IMG/VR virus record: IMGVR_UViG_3300048582_000091
Coordinates: 1-55,363 of that record
Reading direction: 5' to 3' (one strand)
From: a virus
Lineage: Duplodnaviria; Caudoviricetes
DNA length: 55,363 nt
Made by a program: the position numbers and the translations under genes. The notes beneath the pieces were generated by a model. It saw nothing but the letters and a program-made list of their open reading frames with translations, was not told the origin of the DNA and did not search any database. This document shows, one piece after another, positions 47,014 to 55,126 of this stretch. Within the stretch, counting starts at the first letter, position 1. The number at the start of each line of letters is the position of its first letter.

Positions 47014-47252
47014 TTAGGTGGAGAATATATCGGCAAGGTTTACTGCAACGTTACGGCGGATGGGGTTGGTCAGCTGCAATAACCGACATTTGTGAAAAAT
47101 ATAATTGTACGTGCGATTTTAAAACTTATATGATGAGTTGCACGGAAGAAGATTATCTTATTATAAAACTGCAATGCCCAGACATAATTGACGAACGTGT
47201 AATATCCTTTAATGCTTGGTGCAAAAAGGTTGATAACCAGCGACTCTTTTAA
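47010..47252 (+). CDS. small paralogous-family protein (MIxW...YNCT...C-EED...KL-CP)
   Basis: Clear similarity to 51680-51907 and 51900-52121. Confidence 0.7.
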   Translation: MIRWRIYRQGLLQRYGGWGWSAAITDICEKYNCTCDFKTYMMSCTEEDYLIIKLQCPDIIDERVISFNAWCKKVDNQRLF

Positions 47253-47265
47253 TCTTTATTCGTTG

Positions 47266-49572
47266 TTAAAAAAGTGCGCTGGGGTAATATGCAATAGACC
47301 CTAGTGTGCTAGTCACAGAATCTAAATTAAACACCCTAGTAAATGTAGTACCACTAACCGAATAGTTAACTACTCTCGGAGTAGTGTCAGTGATCACAGT
47401 TAGTGTATTTCCTGTGTGATCCCACGCACATTCTATTCCAGTAATGTTTGGTTTATTTGCAGGATTAGCTAGTTTAGTAAATGTGGAACCCGATATAGAA
47501 TAATTCACTAAGAGTTGACTAGTGCCTATACTCAGCGTTAGTATTGTTGAACTCGGATTAAATGCAATTGAAGTAGCGTTAGCGCCGGGGGATGGTATAG
47601 CAGGTAACAAGGTAAACGTGTCGCCTGCTGTTATTTCATACATATAAATCCACGGGGCAATATTTATACTTACTGCCATGAATTTTGATTGCCGATCAAA
47701 CGATGCTACAAATCGTCCGTTACCGGCTGTCGGGGCTGCTAACTGGGTGAAAGTATCAGTGTCGTTATTTATTTTATACACTCTGAGATAAGGACTTCCG
47801 CCACCTACTACCGTCATATAGTTATTATCTGGGCTAAAAGCCACACCGAGCGGCGTAGACCATGACGGATTAGTTATTTTAGTAAAAGTATCTCCGGATA
47901 TTTTATATATCACTAATCCGCTGGCGCCAGGGGCCGTTAATGCTAGGTATTGATTATTTTGACTAAATGCAATACTTGTCACAGCGCCAGGCGGCAACAC
48001 TGCGGGATTAGGTAATCGGGTATACGTTGTGCCTTCTCTTTTGTATATTACTACAAACGGGGTAGTTTCCAATGCTATCGCCATGAACGTGCCGTCTGCA
48101 CTGTATGCAGCTCTATTACACTGACGATTTAACAAACTGTTAGGATTAGTAACAGAAGTAAGCGTATCACCTGATTGTGTGTACATATACGTATTCGGCG
48201 CGCCGATACATGCGACCCCTACTTCATTTAATAAATTAGTAGCAATAGCTTTTCTCACCGTAGTAGCCGGAGTATAGGTAGGATTTGTTATTTTTGTAAA
48301 TACATCTCCGTCTCTTCTATATATTGTTAAGAAAGGCGCGACGTTTCCACCGAGAAATAAATGTGTTCCATTTTTATTAAATTTGGAGCAATAAGAATAA
48401 CCTGTCGGCAAAGATGCGGGATTTGACAATCTGACAAACGTGTCACCGGTTCTTTTATAGTTGTAAATAAATGGCGTAGTGGTAAGCGCAACTGACATAT
48501 ATGTGCTGTCGGGTGTCCACGATACATCATTTCCTACTATGCCGGATGCTGGCACAGAAAGTGCAGTAAACGTAGTGCCACTTACTTTATACACAGTATA
48601 GCAAGGCGCTGTTGTATGTGCAATTGTTAAATATTCACCGTTGGGACTAAATGCTGCGCCATTGCCGTTACCAGTGGGCAATGTACTAGGATTTGCTATT
48701 TTAGTAAATGTGTTTCCGCTTATCTGGTATATAGTAACATAAGGCGCAGTGCCGTGTGCCACTGCTAAAAAGTTGCCGTCGGGGCTAAATGCTACTGCAT
48801 TACCTGCACCAGTCGGCATGATTGCAGGATCTGGTAATTTAGTAAATGTGTTTCCATTGCGTTCGTATATCATCAATGACGGCAACGATCCACATGCAAC
48901 TGCTAAAAAATTACCATTAGGACTAAACGCAACATCTTGCACAATACTAGCAGGAATCGTTGCTGGTTGCAGTAATTGTGTTAATTGATTGCCACTTTTA
49001 GAATATATTAAAATAAATGGTGTAGTCGAGCTACCTTGGGCAGCATATAGTCCGTCGTCACTGTATGCCATAGAATATAACGACTCGTCGTTCAACGGTG
49101 CCGGGCTATTTATGCTAGTATACGAAGTTCCGTTGTATGTATACAAAGATGGAGTAGTCGTCGTTGCATTGCCAGCACCTAACACTAGGTGCGATAAAAT
49201 CACTTCCTGTGTCTTAGTGTCTGTAAATGATTGGCTGCTTATGTCTGTGCTATAAGTATCAGTGACCCGACACGTTAAGGTAAAATTTACATTTGTGTTC
49301 CCTGCACTGGTTTCTACTGTGCATGGATTACTTGTTGCATTAATTAGGCTTGCACCGCTGCCGGTTATACTCCATTGATAACTCACTCCGCCTGTTGCAT
49401 TAATGTAGTCTACAGTATATGTGCCGGTTGATACGCATGTGCCACTAGAAGGAAACTCGCAACTGCCGCCACTACTTCTAGCAATACTCGTAATCACAAT
49501 AGGGGGCGGCAAAGCCGATGATACACTAGCAGTCCGTGTTGTTCCTCCGAGTTTTACGTTTGACAGTTTCAT
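47266..49572 (-). CDS. virion protein with Ig-like N-domain and tandem WD40-like beta-propellers
   Basis: About 14 repeats of ~44 aa (VAFSPDGNFLAVAH...PY.TIY..SG.TFTK..NP); GATAAATA on - at 49600-07. Confidence 0.8.
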   Translation of the reverse strand: MKLSNVKLGGTTRTASVSSALPPPIVITSIARSSGGSCEFPSSGTCVSTGTYTVDYINATGGVSYQWSITGSGASLINATSNPCTVETSAGNTNVNFTLTCRVTDTYSTDISSQSFTDTKTQEVILSHLVLGAGNATTTTPSLYTYNGTSYTSINSPAPLNDESLYSMAYSDDGLYAAQGSSTTPFILIYSKSGNQLTQLLQPATIPASIVQDVAFSPNGNFLAVACGSLPSLMIYERNGNTFTKLPDPAIMPTGAGNAVAFSPDGNFLAVAHGTAPYVTIYQISGNTFTKIANPSTLPTGNGNGAAFSPNGEYLTIAHTTAPCYTVYKVSGTTFTALSVPASGIVGNDVSWTPDSTYMSVALTTTPFIYNYKRTGDTFVRLSNPASLPTGYSYCSKFNKNGTHLFLGGNVAPFLTIYRRDGDVFTKITNPTYTPATTVRKAIATNLLNEVGVACIGAPNTYMYTQSGDTLTSVTNPNSLLNRQCNRAAYSADGTFMAIALETTPFVVIYKREGTTYTRLPNPAVLPPGAVTSIAFSQNNQYLALTAPGASGLVIYKISGDTFTKITNPSWSTPLGVAFSPDNNYMTVVGGGSPYLRVYKINNDTDTFTQLAAPTAGNGRFVASFDRQSKFMAVSINIAPWIYMYEITAGDTFTLLPAIPSPGANATSIAFNPSSTILTLSIGTSQLLVNYSISGSTFTKLANPANKPNITGIECAWDHTGNTLTVITDTTPRVVNYSVSGTTFTRVFNLDSVTSTLGSIAYYPSALF

Positions 49573-49598
49573 AGCAATTTCCCCAGCAGTTTATTGTT

Positions 49599-50105
49599 TT
49601 ATTTATCTTTATCTAACTTAATATAGGTTTCACCGGTAATCTTATATGTAAATATAGTCGGTTCGGCGTCCTGTGTGATTGTCACATACTGTCCGTCATT
49701 ACTATACTCGATTTTTCTCACTGCACCTTTCGGCATAAAGAAAGGATTTGTTAATCTGTATAATGAATTTAAATCTCGCCTATGTTTATAAAAAGAAAGA
49801 AAAGGTGCTTTTTCGTGCCCTACTATTAAGTATGTATTGCATGGAGAAAACTCACAGCACAAAGAGGCTGTGCCAACTGATATCATTGGATTAGGCATTT
49901 TAAGAAACTTGTCACCGAAACATTTATACGTACTAATGAAGAACGGAGGACTGTTATGTGCGAGAATTAAGTACTTTCCGTCGTGCGACCATGCGAAGTC
50001 GTTTATTTTATCAGACGGTAATAGATTAGGTAACGGAAGTTCTTCGTCCTTATAATAGAATTTGATAAACGGTGATTCGTTAATTAGTACAACTTTATTA
50101 TCCAT
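49599..50105 (-). CDS. short protein of ~3.5 WD40-like blades related to the downstream gene
   Basis: FAWSHDGKYL, EFSPCNTYL, EYSNDGQYV repeats; GGAGG RBS; GATAAATA on - at 50125-32. Confidence 0.7.
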   Translation of the reverse strand: MDNKVVLINESPFIKFYYKDEELPLPNLLPSDKINDFAWSHDGKYLILAHNSPPFFISTYKCFGDKFLKMPNPMISVGTASLCCEFSPCNTYLIVGHEKAPFLSFYKHRRDLNSLYRLTNPFFMPKGAVRKIEYSNDGQYVTITQDAEPTIFTYKITGETYIKLDKDK

Positions 50106-50143
50106 TGTTCCTCCGTGCGTGAATTATTTATCGCACGAACTCG

Positions 50144-50172
50144 TTGACAGTAATATAAAACGAGTGTATAAT
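50144..50172 (+). promoter_or_regulatory. sigma70-type early promoter (leaderless transcript)
   Basis: TTGACA(50144-49)-N17-TATAAT(50167-72); ATG at 50179. Confidence 0.85.
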
Positions 50173-50178
50173 TTAACT

Positions 50179-50421
50179 ATGAATGAGAAACTATTACTTA
50201 CATTTGCAACTAAACAAGATTGTAGATCTGCCTATAGGCTAATACGTAAAGGCAGTGGCTTAGCATACAACTACACGATATCGTGCGAAAAAGACGACCC
50301 AGCACTAAGTATTATATCCATTCAATTTAATAGGTATATATCTAGTAATAATCAGGATGCAATTGCTGCATGGGAAAACATAGTCAAAGATCGGATATCA
50401 TACGCTCGCCGCAACAAATAA
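50179..50421 (+). CDS. hypothetical protein
   Basis: ATG 50179 just after the promoter. Confidence 0.55.
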   Translation: MNEKLLLTFATKQDCRSAYRLIRKGSGLAYNYTISCEKDDPALSIISIQFNRYISSNNQDAIAAWENIVKDRISYARRNK

Positions 50422-50606
50422 TAGTATTCCGTACACACGAAGATTGCATATACGCACTGCTCAATCTAGAAAGTGCAATTGAAGTGCATGAATTTAGGCA
50501 GGATTATGGCAGAGTTATCCGAGTTGCCGCAGAAGACGCAACCTTATTACAACTTGCATATCCTCATTTAATAGAATACACAATGCCATTTGGTAAAGCT
50601 AAATAA
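50370..50606 (+). CDS. small paralogous-family protein
   Basis: AEDATLLQLAYPHLIE motif. Confidence 0.55.
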   Translation: MGKHSQRSDIIRSPQQIIVFRTHEDCIYALLNLESAIEVHEFRQDYGRVIRVAAEDATLLQLAYPHLIEYTMPFGKAK

Positions 50607-50610
50607 TAAC

Positions 50611-50913
50611 ATGAAGATCTGGTTACTAAACATTAACGTATCAGCAGTAGAGGCACTTGACTGGTTAGACGAGTTCAACTGCGATGCACATATAATGTAC
50701 GAAATCAGTAATCATACGCCACAGTGGCTATCGTGCAGCGACGAAGATTTTAAAAAGCTACTCACATTGCGTCCAGAATTAGTGTTGACTTCATTTGATG
50801 CAGACGTATTTGAAGCAGCAGCAACCGCAGCAGCACTTAACCCGCCTTTACCAGGCTTAAACAAATATAGTTGTTTAGCTTTTGCTTTCCTTCCACAAAT
50901 ACTAATCAAATAA
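50611..50913 (+). CDS. small paralogous-family protein
   Basis: MKIW...FNC...LSCSDEDFKKLLTLRPELV. Confidence 0.6.
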   Translation: MKIWLLNINVSAVEALDWLDEFNCDAHIMYEISNHTPQWLSCSDEDFKKLLTLRPELVLTSFDADVFEAAATAAALNPPLPGLNKYSCLAFAFLPQILIK

Positions 50914-50931
50914 CAATTGATAGAGATAAAA

Positions 50932-51318
50932 ATGGAACTAATTAAAGAAATCCGATATCACGATCTTAAAAAGAAAATGATTGCTGAAGAAGTCTGTATT
51001 GATTTTTTCGGATTTAAGCAAGGCGAGTGCAAAACATATTACCATAACCGAAAGTTAGCCATACGCTGTCATTATAAAGATAACAAATACCACGGTGAAT
51101 ACAAGGAATGGTATACAAATGGAAAACTTTGTTATCATTTTATGTGTGCAGGTGGTCTGAAACACGGCAAATATAAACAATGGGACCGGAGCGGACGATT
51201 AATATCTAGCCGTTATTATTTTAACCAAAAAGACATTACCTGTGAGGTAGACGAAAGGACAGGTGGTGATCAGTTAATGATTAAATTAATCTACGGATTT
51301 GAAACATTCGGGGAATAA
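50932..51318 (+). CDS. MORN-variant repeat protein (YwqK-like)
   Basis: QGECKTYYHN, HGEYKEWYTNG, HGKYKQWDRSG repeats. Confidence 0.8.
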   Translation: MELIKEIRYHDLKKKMIAEEVCIDFFGFKQGECKTYYHNRKLAIRCHYKDNKYHGEYKEWYTNGKLCYHFMCAGGLKHGKYKQWDRSGRLISSRYYFNQKDITCEVDERTGGDQLMIKLIYGFETFGE

Positions 51319-51321
51319 TAC

Positions 51322-51687
51322 ATGGACGAGCCGTCGCTTAGAGTTGACTATTTCCCTAACGGAGATCTTAAAATAATATATTATGCAAGCCGGGATAAGG
51401 GGCCGTTTGATCTTCGCCAAGGTGAATATATAGAATTTCATAAGAACGGAAATTTGCGATATCACTACATGTTTCTAAACGATAAGCCGCACGGTGAATG
51501 CAAAAAGTTTAACGAGAACGGAGAGTTAATATTTCATAAATTTTTTGAGAACGGTACTAACATAACAGAACGGGTAGCACCGTATGTAGACGATATTGTT
51601 ATGTTTAAACTTGTAGTGGACATTCCTGTGCTACCAGAGATTGATGTAGCCTATTTACATAAAAAGCATAAACTATATTATGATTAA
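51322..51687 (+). CDS. MORN-variant repeat protein (YwqK-like)
   Basis: QGEYIEFHKNG, HGECKKFNENG. Confidence 0.8.
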   Translation: MDEPSLRVDYFPNGDLKIIYYASRDKGPFDLRQGEYIEFHKNGNLRYHYMFLNDKPHGECKKFNENGELIFHKFFENGTNITERVAPYVDDIVMFKLVVDIPVLPEIDVAYLHKKHKLYYD

Positions 51688-51907
51688 GTGGAAACGTAAC
51701 TATCAGTATTTCTACGATCTAACAAGACAACGCACCGGTACTAACAATTTTTCTCCGAGGATGTTTTGGGAAACAATTGAAATCTTCTGCACAGATCACA
51801 ATTGCAGCTACACACAACACGGAAACCAAACCGTAACCTGTAGTGATGAGGATTTTATTATGATCATGTTAAGATGCCCTGAGGCGGTCGAGAAAATATA
51901 TGATTAA
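51680..51907 (+). CDS. small paralogous-family protein
   Basis: MIKW...HNCSY...CSDEDFIMIMLRCPEAV. Confidence 0.7.
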   Translation: MIKWKRNYQYFYDLTRQRTGTNNFSPRMFWETIEIFCTDHNCSYTQHGNQTVTCSDEDFIMIMLRCPEAVEKIYD

Positions 51908-52121
51908 ATGGAGAATGGATTACGATTTTATACAGGCTAACACTAATAAAGCATTGCCGACAGATGATTATAATAGCTGGTCGGGTCCGTTTATTAGGAA
52001 ATTCGCAGAACAATACAATTGCACTTACGATATCTCCCGGCACATACTGAGTTGCAGCGAAGAGGCATTCTTAGTTATCAAGATCGCATGCCCTGATGCT
52101 GTTTCAGGGCGTGTAATTTGA
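51900..52121 (+). CDS. small paralogous-family protein
   Basis: MIKW...YNCTY...CSEEAFLVIKIACPDAV. Confidence 0.7.
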   Translation: MIKWRMDYDFIQANTNKALPTDDYNSWSGPFIRKFAEQYNCTYDISRHILSCSEEAFLVIKIACPDAVSGRVI

Positions 52122-54179
52122 TAACGGTGCAATCATAATTACATCGGGGAAGTTACCGAATACAGATGCGCACATATTTAAAGTCGGAGAATAGCACACT
52201 GATCTCCAGTTTCCGCCACTTGCCGGCACGACTGTACTAGCTGTCCATATTTCGCCTGTTTGTGTTACTTGAGCTCCGCCATTGCCGGTGGTTGCAATCA
52301 CTACATCGGGGGCAGATGCGTAACAGCACGACCCAGCAGTGCCTACGTTAGGTGTTGAATTAGACTGCCATGCTGTCCCGTCGGTTGTCCATACGGCCGC
52401 GGGATTATTACCTACTACGCCTACCCCCATGACACCGGTATTAGTCGCAGTAAGGGATGTACACTCTGTTAGTACCGAAGTCTGTGCAATCCAGGTAGTG
52501 GCGTCAGTTGATGTGTAGAGTGCTCCGCTACCGTCAAATTTTGTTCCACCGGCAACAAATTTTCCAAGCACAGATGAATAACATATTGTGTTAAAAACTA
52601 TGTCAGATGCAGTCTCGACCCCTGTCCAACCAGCGCCGATATTAACCATAATGTTAAACGCACTGTTGCCATTAGACGACCCGCCAACTGCTACAAACTT
52701 ATTATCTCCGAAACAAACACTGTTCATTACCATCGGGGCAATACTGTTAATGGTTTGCGTCCATATTAAATCGCCATTGACATCTTGCGATCCGTCGGAT
52801 GTCAGCACATCGTCGTTTCTGCCGACTGCAACGTATGTTCCGTTACCAATGCATACAGATTTCCAAAATCCCGGTAACATCTCGACGTTGTATACTTTTC
52901 CTTCCCAAGTAATCCCGTCCGAAGATGTTAGTGTGCTAAAATATGTAGTATCATTAGGAATTGATCCGGTACCTATAGTAAGGAATTCTGTTCCTGTCCA
53001 TATTATGCTGTTAAATTGGGTCCCGAGGTTCGGGTTCCAATTTGTTATATTAGTGTTAGGTATCCCTATCCACTCGACTGGAGCGGCAGTAGGTGGCGGT
53101 GCAACAAAATTGCCACTAGAATACCACTGTTCGTATAACACAGGAAGACCATAATTTACAGACTGAATGTACCCGCCAAAGACAGACGATGCTATTGCTA
53201 AGTATGATCTAATCCCGGCTGTTTCAACAGCCGCACCTGTATTAGCCTTATCTAGCTGCACATAGTTAGATGCTACTGGGGTAGTAACCGGAAATATCAT
53301 TGTACCATTGGTTTCTATATCACCCGGGTCAAGTTGAGTATAATACCAACCACCATCAACCGATAAAGAATTTGATGGAGTAGCAGGATAATTTAAATCA
53401 TAAAATACACCGTAGTTATTAGTATTGCTAACACCGGATACATCTGTCCAACTCGGGGAATAACCCCCTAAATTTATATTTAACGCTGTGCTAGTCGGGG
53501 CATTATACATAGTGTTTAAAAAAGACCCATCGGGCTCTTGCACTTGTAACACTTGTTGCCAATCGAACGTACTTTGCGGAGTAACCGAAGTATACATAGT
53601 TGCCGGACTACTATATATCGGATAACCATCTAATAAAGTCCCAGGAGTAAGCCCAGTGTTTGTGTCTACATACCATGCAAATTTTACATTTTTTGTATCA
53701 AACGTTAATACAGTGTTCGGAACGTTCGATTCTATGAATATGAATTCCGAACCTGCATAAATTTCCAGATAGCCGATAAACCCAGCATTGCTGCCTAAAT
53801 AAGAAGAAGGCCATTGCCCGTATGTCGTGTCCAATGTTCCGCCTACATTTACAGCAGGCCCGGTAACGGCGGCAGTCTGAACTACAGTTCCGCCGAGGAT
53901 TACTTCTATAACTCCGCCGGCGGCTCCGCCTGTATAACGAACACCTGCCCTGACATCAGATATATTTAAATTAGCAAGGTCGGCAGTAACAGCAAATATC
54001 CCTGCAATATACGATTTAACATAAAAATCAGTAACGCCGGTGCCGTCTATTGTCGGCAGCACACTGCCACTTTGATCACCAAATACTGTCCAAAGAGCAG
54101 TAGTCGCCGGAGGTACTGCTGCACCATTAGATATGATCACATTTTTAAACTTTGATATACCTTTTATAATTACGCTCAT
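52104..54179 (-). CDS. virion protein with C-terminal BNR-like beta-propeller
   Basis: TSSDGITW, TSTDATTW, TTDGTAW Asp-box-like repeats; AGGGG RBS. Confidence 0.7.
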   Translation of the reverse strand: MSVIIKGISKFKNVIISNGAAVPPATTALWTVFGDQSGSVLPTIDGTGVTDFYVKSYIAGIFAVTADLANLNISDVRAGVRYTGGAAGGVIEVILGGTVVQTAAVTGPAVNVGGTLDTTYGQWPSSYLGSNAGFIGYLEIYAGSEFIFIESNVPNTVLTFDTKNVKFAWYVDTNTGLTPGTLLDGYPIYSSPATMYTSVTPQSTFDWQQVLQVQEPDGSFLNTMYNAPTSTALNINLGGYSPSWTDVSGVSNTNNYGVFYDLNYPATPSNSLSVDGGWYYTQLDPGDIETNGTMIFPVTTPVASNYVQLDKANTGAAVETAGIRSYLAIASSVFGGYIQSVNYGLPVLYEQWYSSGNFVAPPPTAAPVEWIGIPNTNITNWNPNLGTQFNSIIWTGTEFLTIGTGSIPNDTTYFSTLTSSDGITWEGKVYNVEMLPGFWKSVCIGNGTYVAVGRNDDVLTSDGSQDVNGDLIWTQTINSIAPMVMNSVCFGDNKFVAVGGSSNGNSAFNIMVNIGAGWTGVETASDIVFNTICYSSVLGKFVAGGTKFDGSGALYTSTDATTWIAQTSVLTECTSLTATNTGVMGVGVVGNNPAAVWTTDGTAWQSNSTPNVGTAGSCCYASAPDVVIATTGNGGAQVTQTGEIWTASTVVPASGGNWRSVCYSPTLNMCASVFGNFPDVIMIAPLSNYTP

Positions 54180-54187
54180 ATTACCCC

Positions 54188-54332
54188 TTAAAGACTTGTC
54201 ATGACATTGCTTCTTGCGTATGTCGTAGTCATTGCACCCATTATAACGAACTTAGTTTGTTCTGCAGACCAACATATACAATTAAAATTTTGTACGCCCT
54301 ACGATGGTTAAGTTATTAGATTTAATTCCCAC
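54188..54332 (-). pseudogene. frameshifted remnant of a virion propeller gene
   Basis: GTG 54332 gives MGIKSNNLTIVGRTKF*; the +1 frame gives FNCICWSAEQTKFVIMG...NVMTSL*, like one blade of the downstream gene. Confidence 0.55.
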
Positions 54333-54356
54333 AGTACACCCCCAAATATTTTAAAG

Positions 54357-54403
54357 TATTTATCTAAAATCAGTTTGACAACACAAGTACATCGTGTTAT
54401 ATT
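54357..54403. promoter_or_regulatory. back-to-back late (-) and sigma70 (+) promoters
   Basis: GATAAATA on - at 54357-64; TTGACA(54375-80)-N17-TATATT(54398-403) on +. Confidence 0.75.
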
Positions 54404-54408
54404 AAATT

Positions 54409-54762
54409 ATGATTAAAACAGCCTTACACTACCCGACTGGCGAACTAAAGACAGTGTATATTCGGACTGACACCGGAATCACAGGTGAGTACGTATCTTT
54501 TTATAAGTCTGGAATAGTAAATTTTCACAACATGTATCTTAACAGCCAGCCTCACGGAGAGTGTAAAGAGTACAACGAATTCGGAGAACTAACGCATCGT
54601 CGTTATTACAACCATGGGTATCACATAACGGAAAAAATTCTGCCTTACATAGATAATTCGGTTATGCTAAAATTGTCCGGCGTTGACCTGCTGCCTATTA
54701 TAGATCCACTGACCTATATACAAAAATTTCAAAATAGATCAAACGAGTCAGATGATGCTTAG
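54409..54762 (+). CDS. MORN-variant repeat protein (YwqK-like)
   Basis: TGEYVSFYKSG, HGECKEYNEFG. Confidence 0.8.
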   Translation: MIKTALHYPTGELKTVYIRTDTGITGEYVSFYKSGIVNFHNMYLNSQPHGECKEYNEFGELTHRRYYNHGYHITEKILPYIDNSVMLKLSGVDLLPIIDPLTYIQKFQNRSNESDDA

Positions 54763-55126
54763 AGAAATAAAAAAGCATTCAAACATAAACGGCGTACTTA
54801 CGCATCATTTTCACCTGGATGAACAAACTCGTTTTCAAGGCCTTTATAGAGAGTGGCACGAAAACGGCTCACCTAGGCTAGAATGCACGTTCATAGACGA
54901 TCGTCAAGAAGGAGAATATAAAAAATGGTACAAGAACGGAATATTGCACGTATGCTGTTATCACAAAAATAACAGGTTACACGGTGAGTACAGAGAGTGG
55001 GACAGTTTCGGAAATCTTACAGATACTTATTTCTTTGCCGATGATGAAAACATAACCGACAATGTGATAGCATACTCTGACAACCCTGTTATGATTAAAC
55101 TTAAATTCGGTATTAATGTGTTATGA
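54752..55126 (+). CDS. MORN-variant repeat protein (YwqK-like)
   Basis: QGLYREWHENG, EGEYKKWYKNG, HGEYREWDSFG. Confidence 0.82.
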   Translation: MMLREIKKHSNINGVLTHHFHLDEQTRFQGLYREWHENGSPRLECTFIDDRQEGEYKKWYKNGILHVCCYHKNNRLHGEYREWDSFGNLTDTYFFADDENITDNVIAYSDNPVMIKLKFGINVL

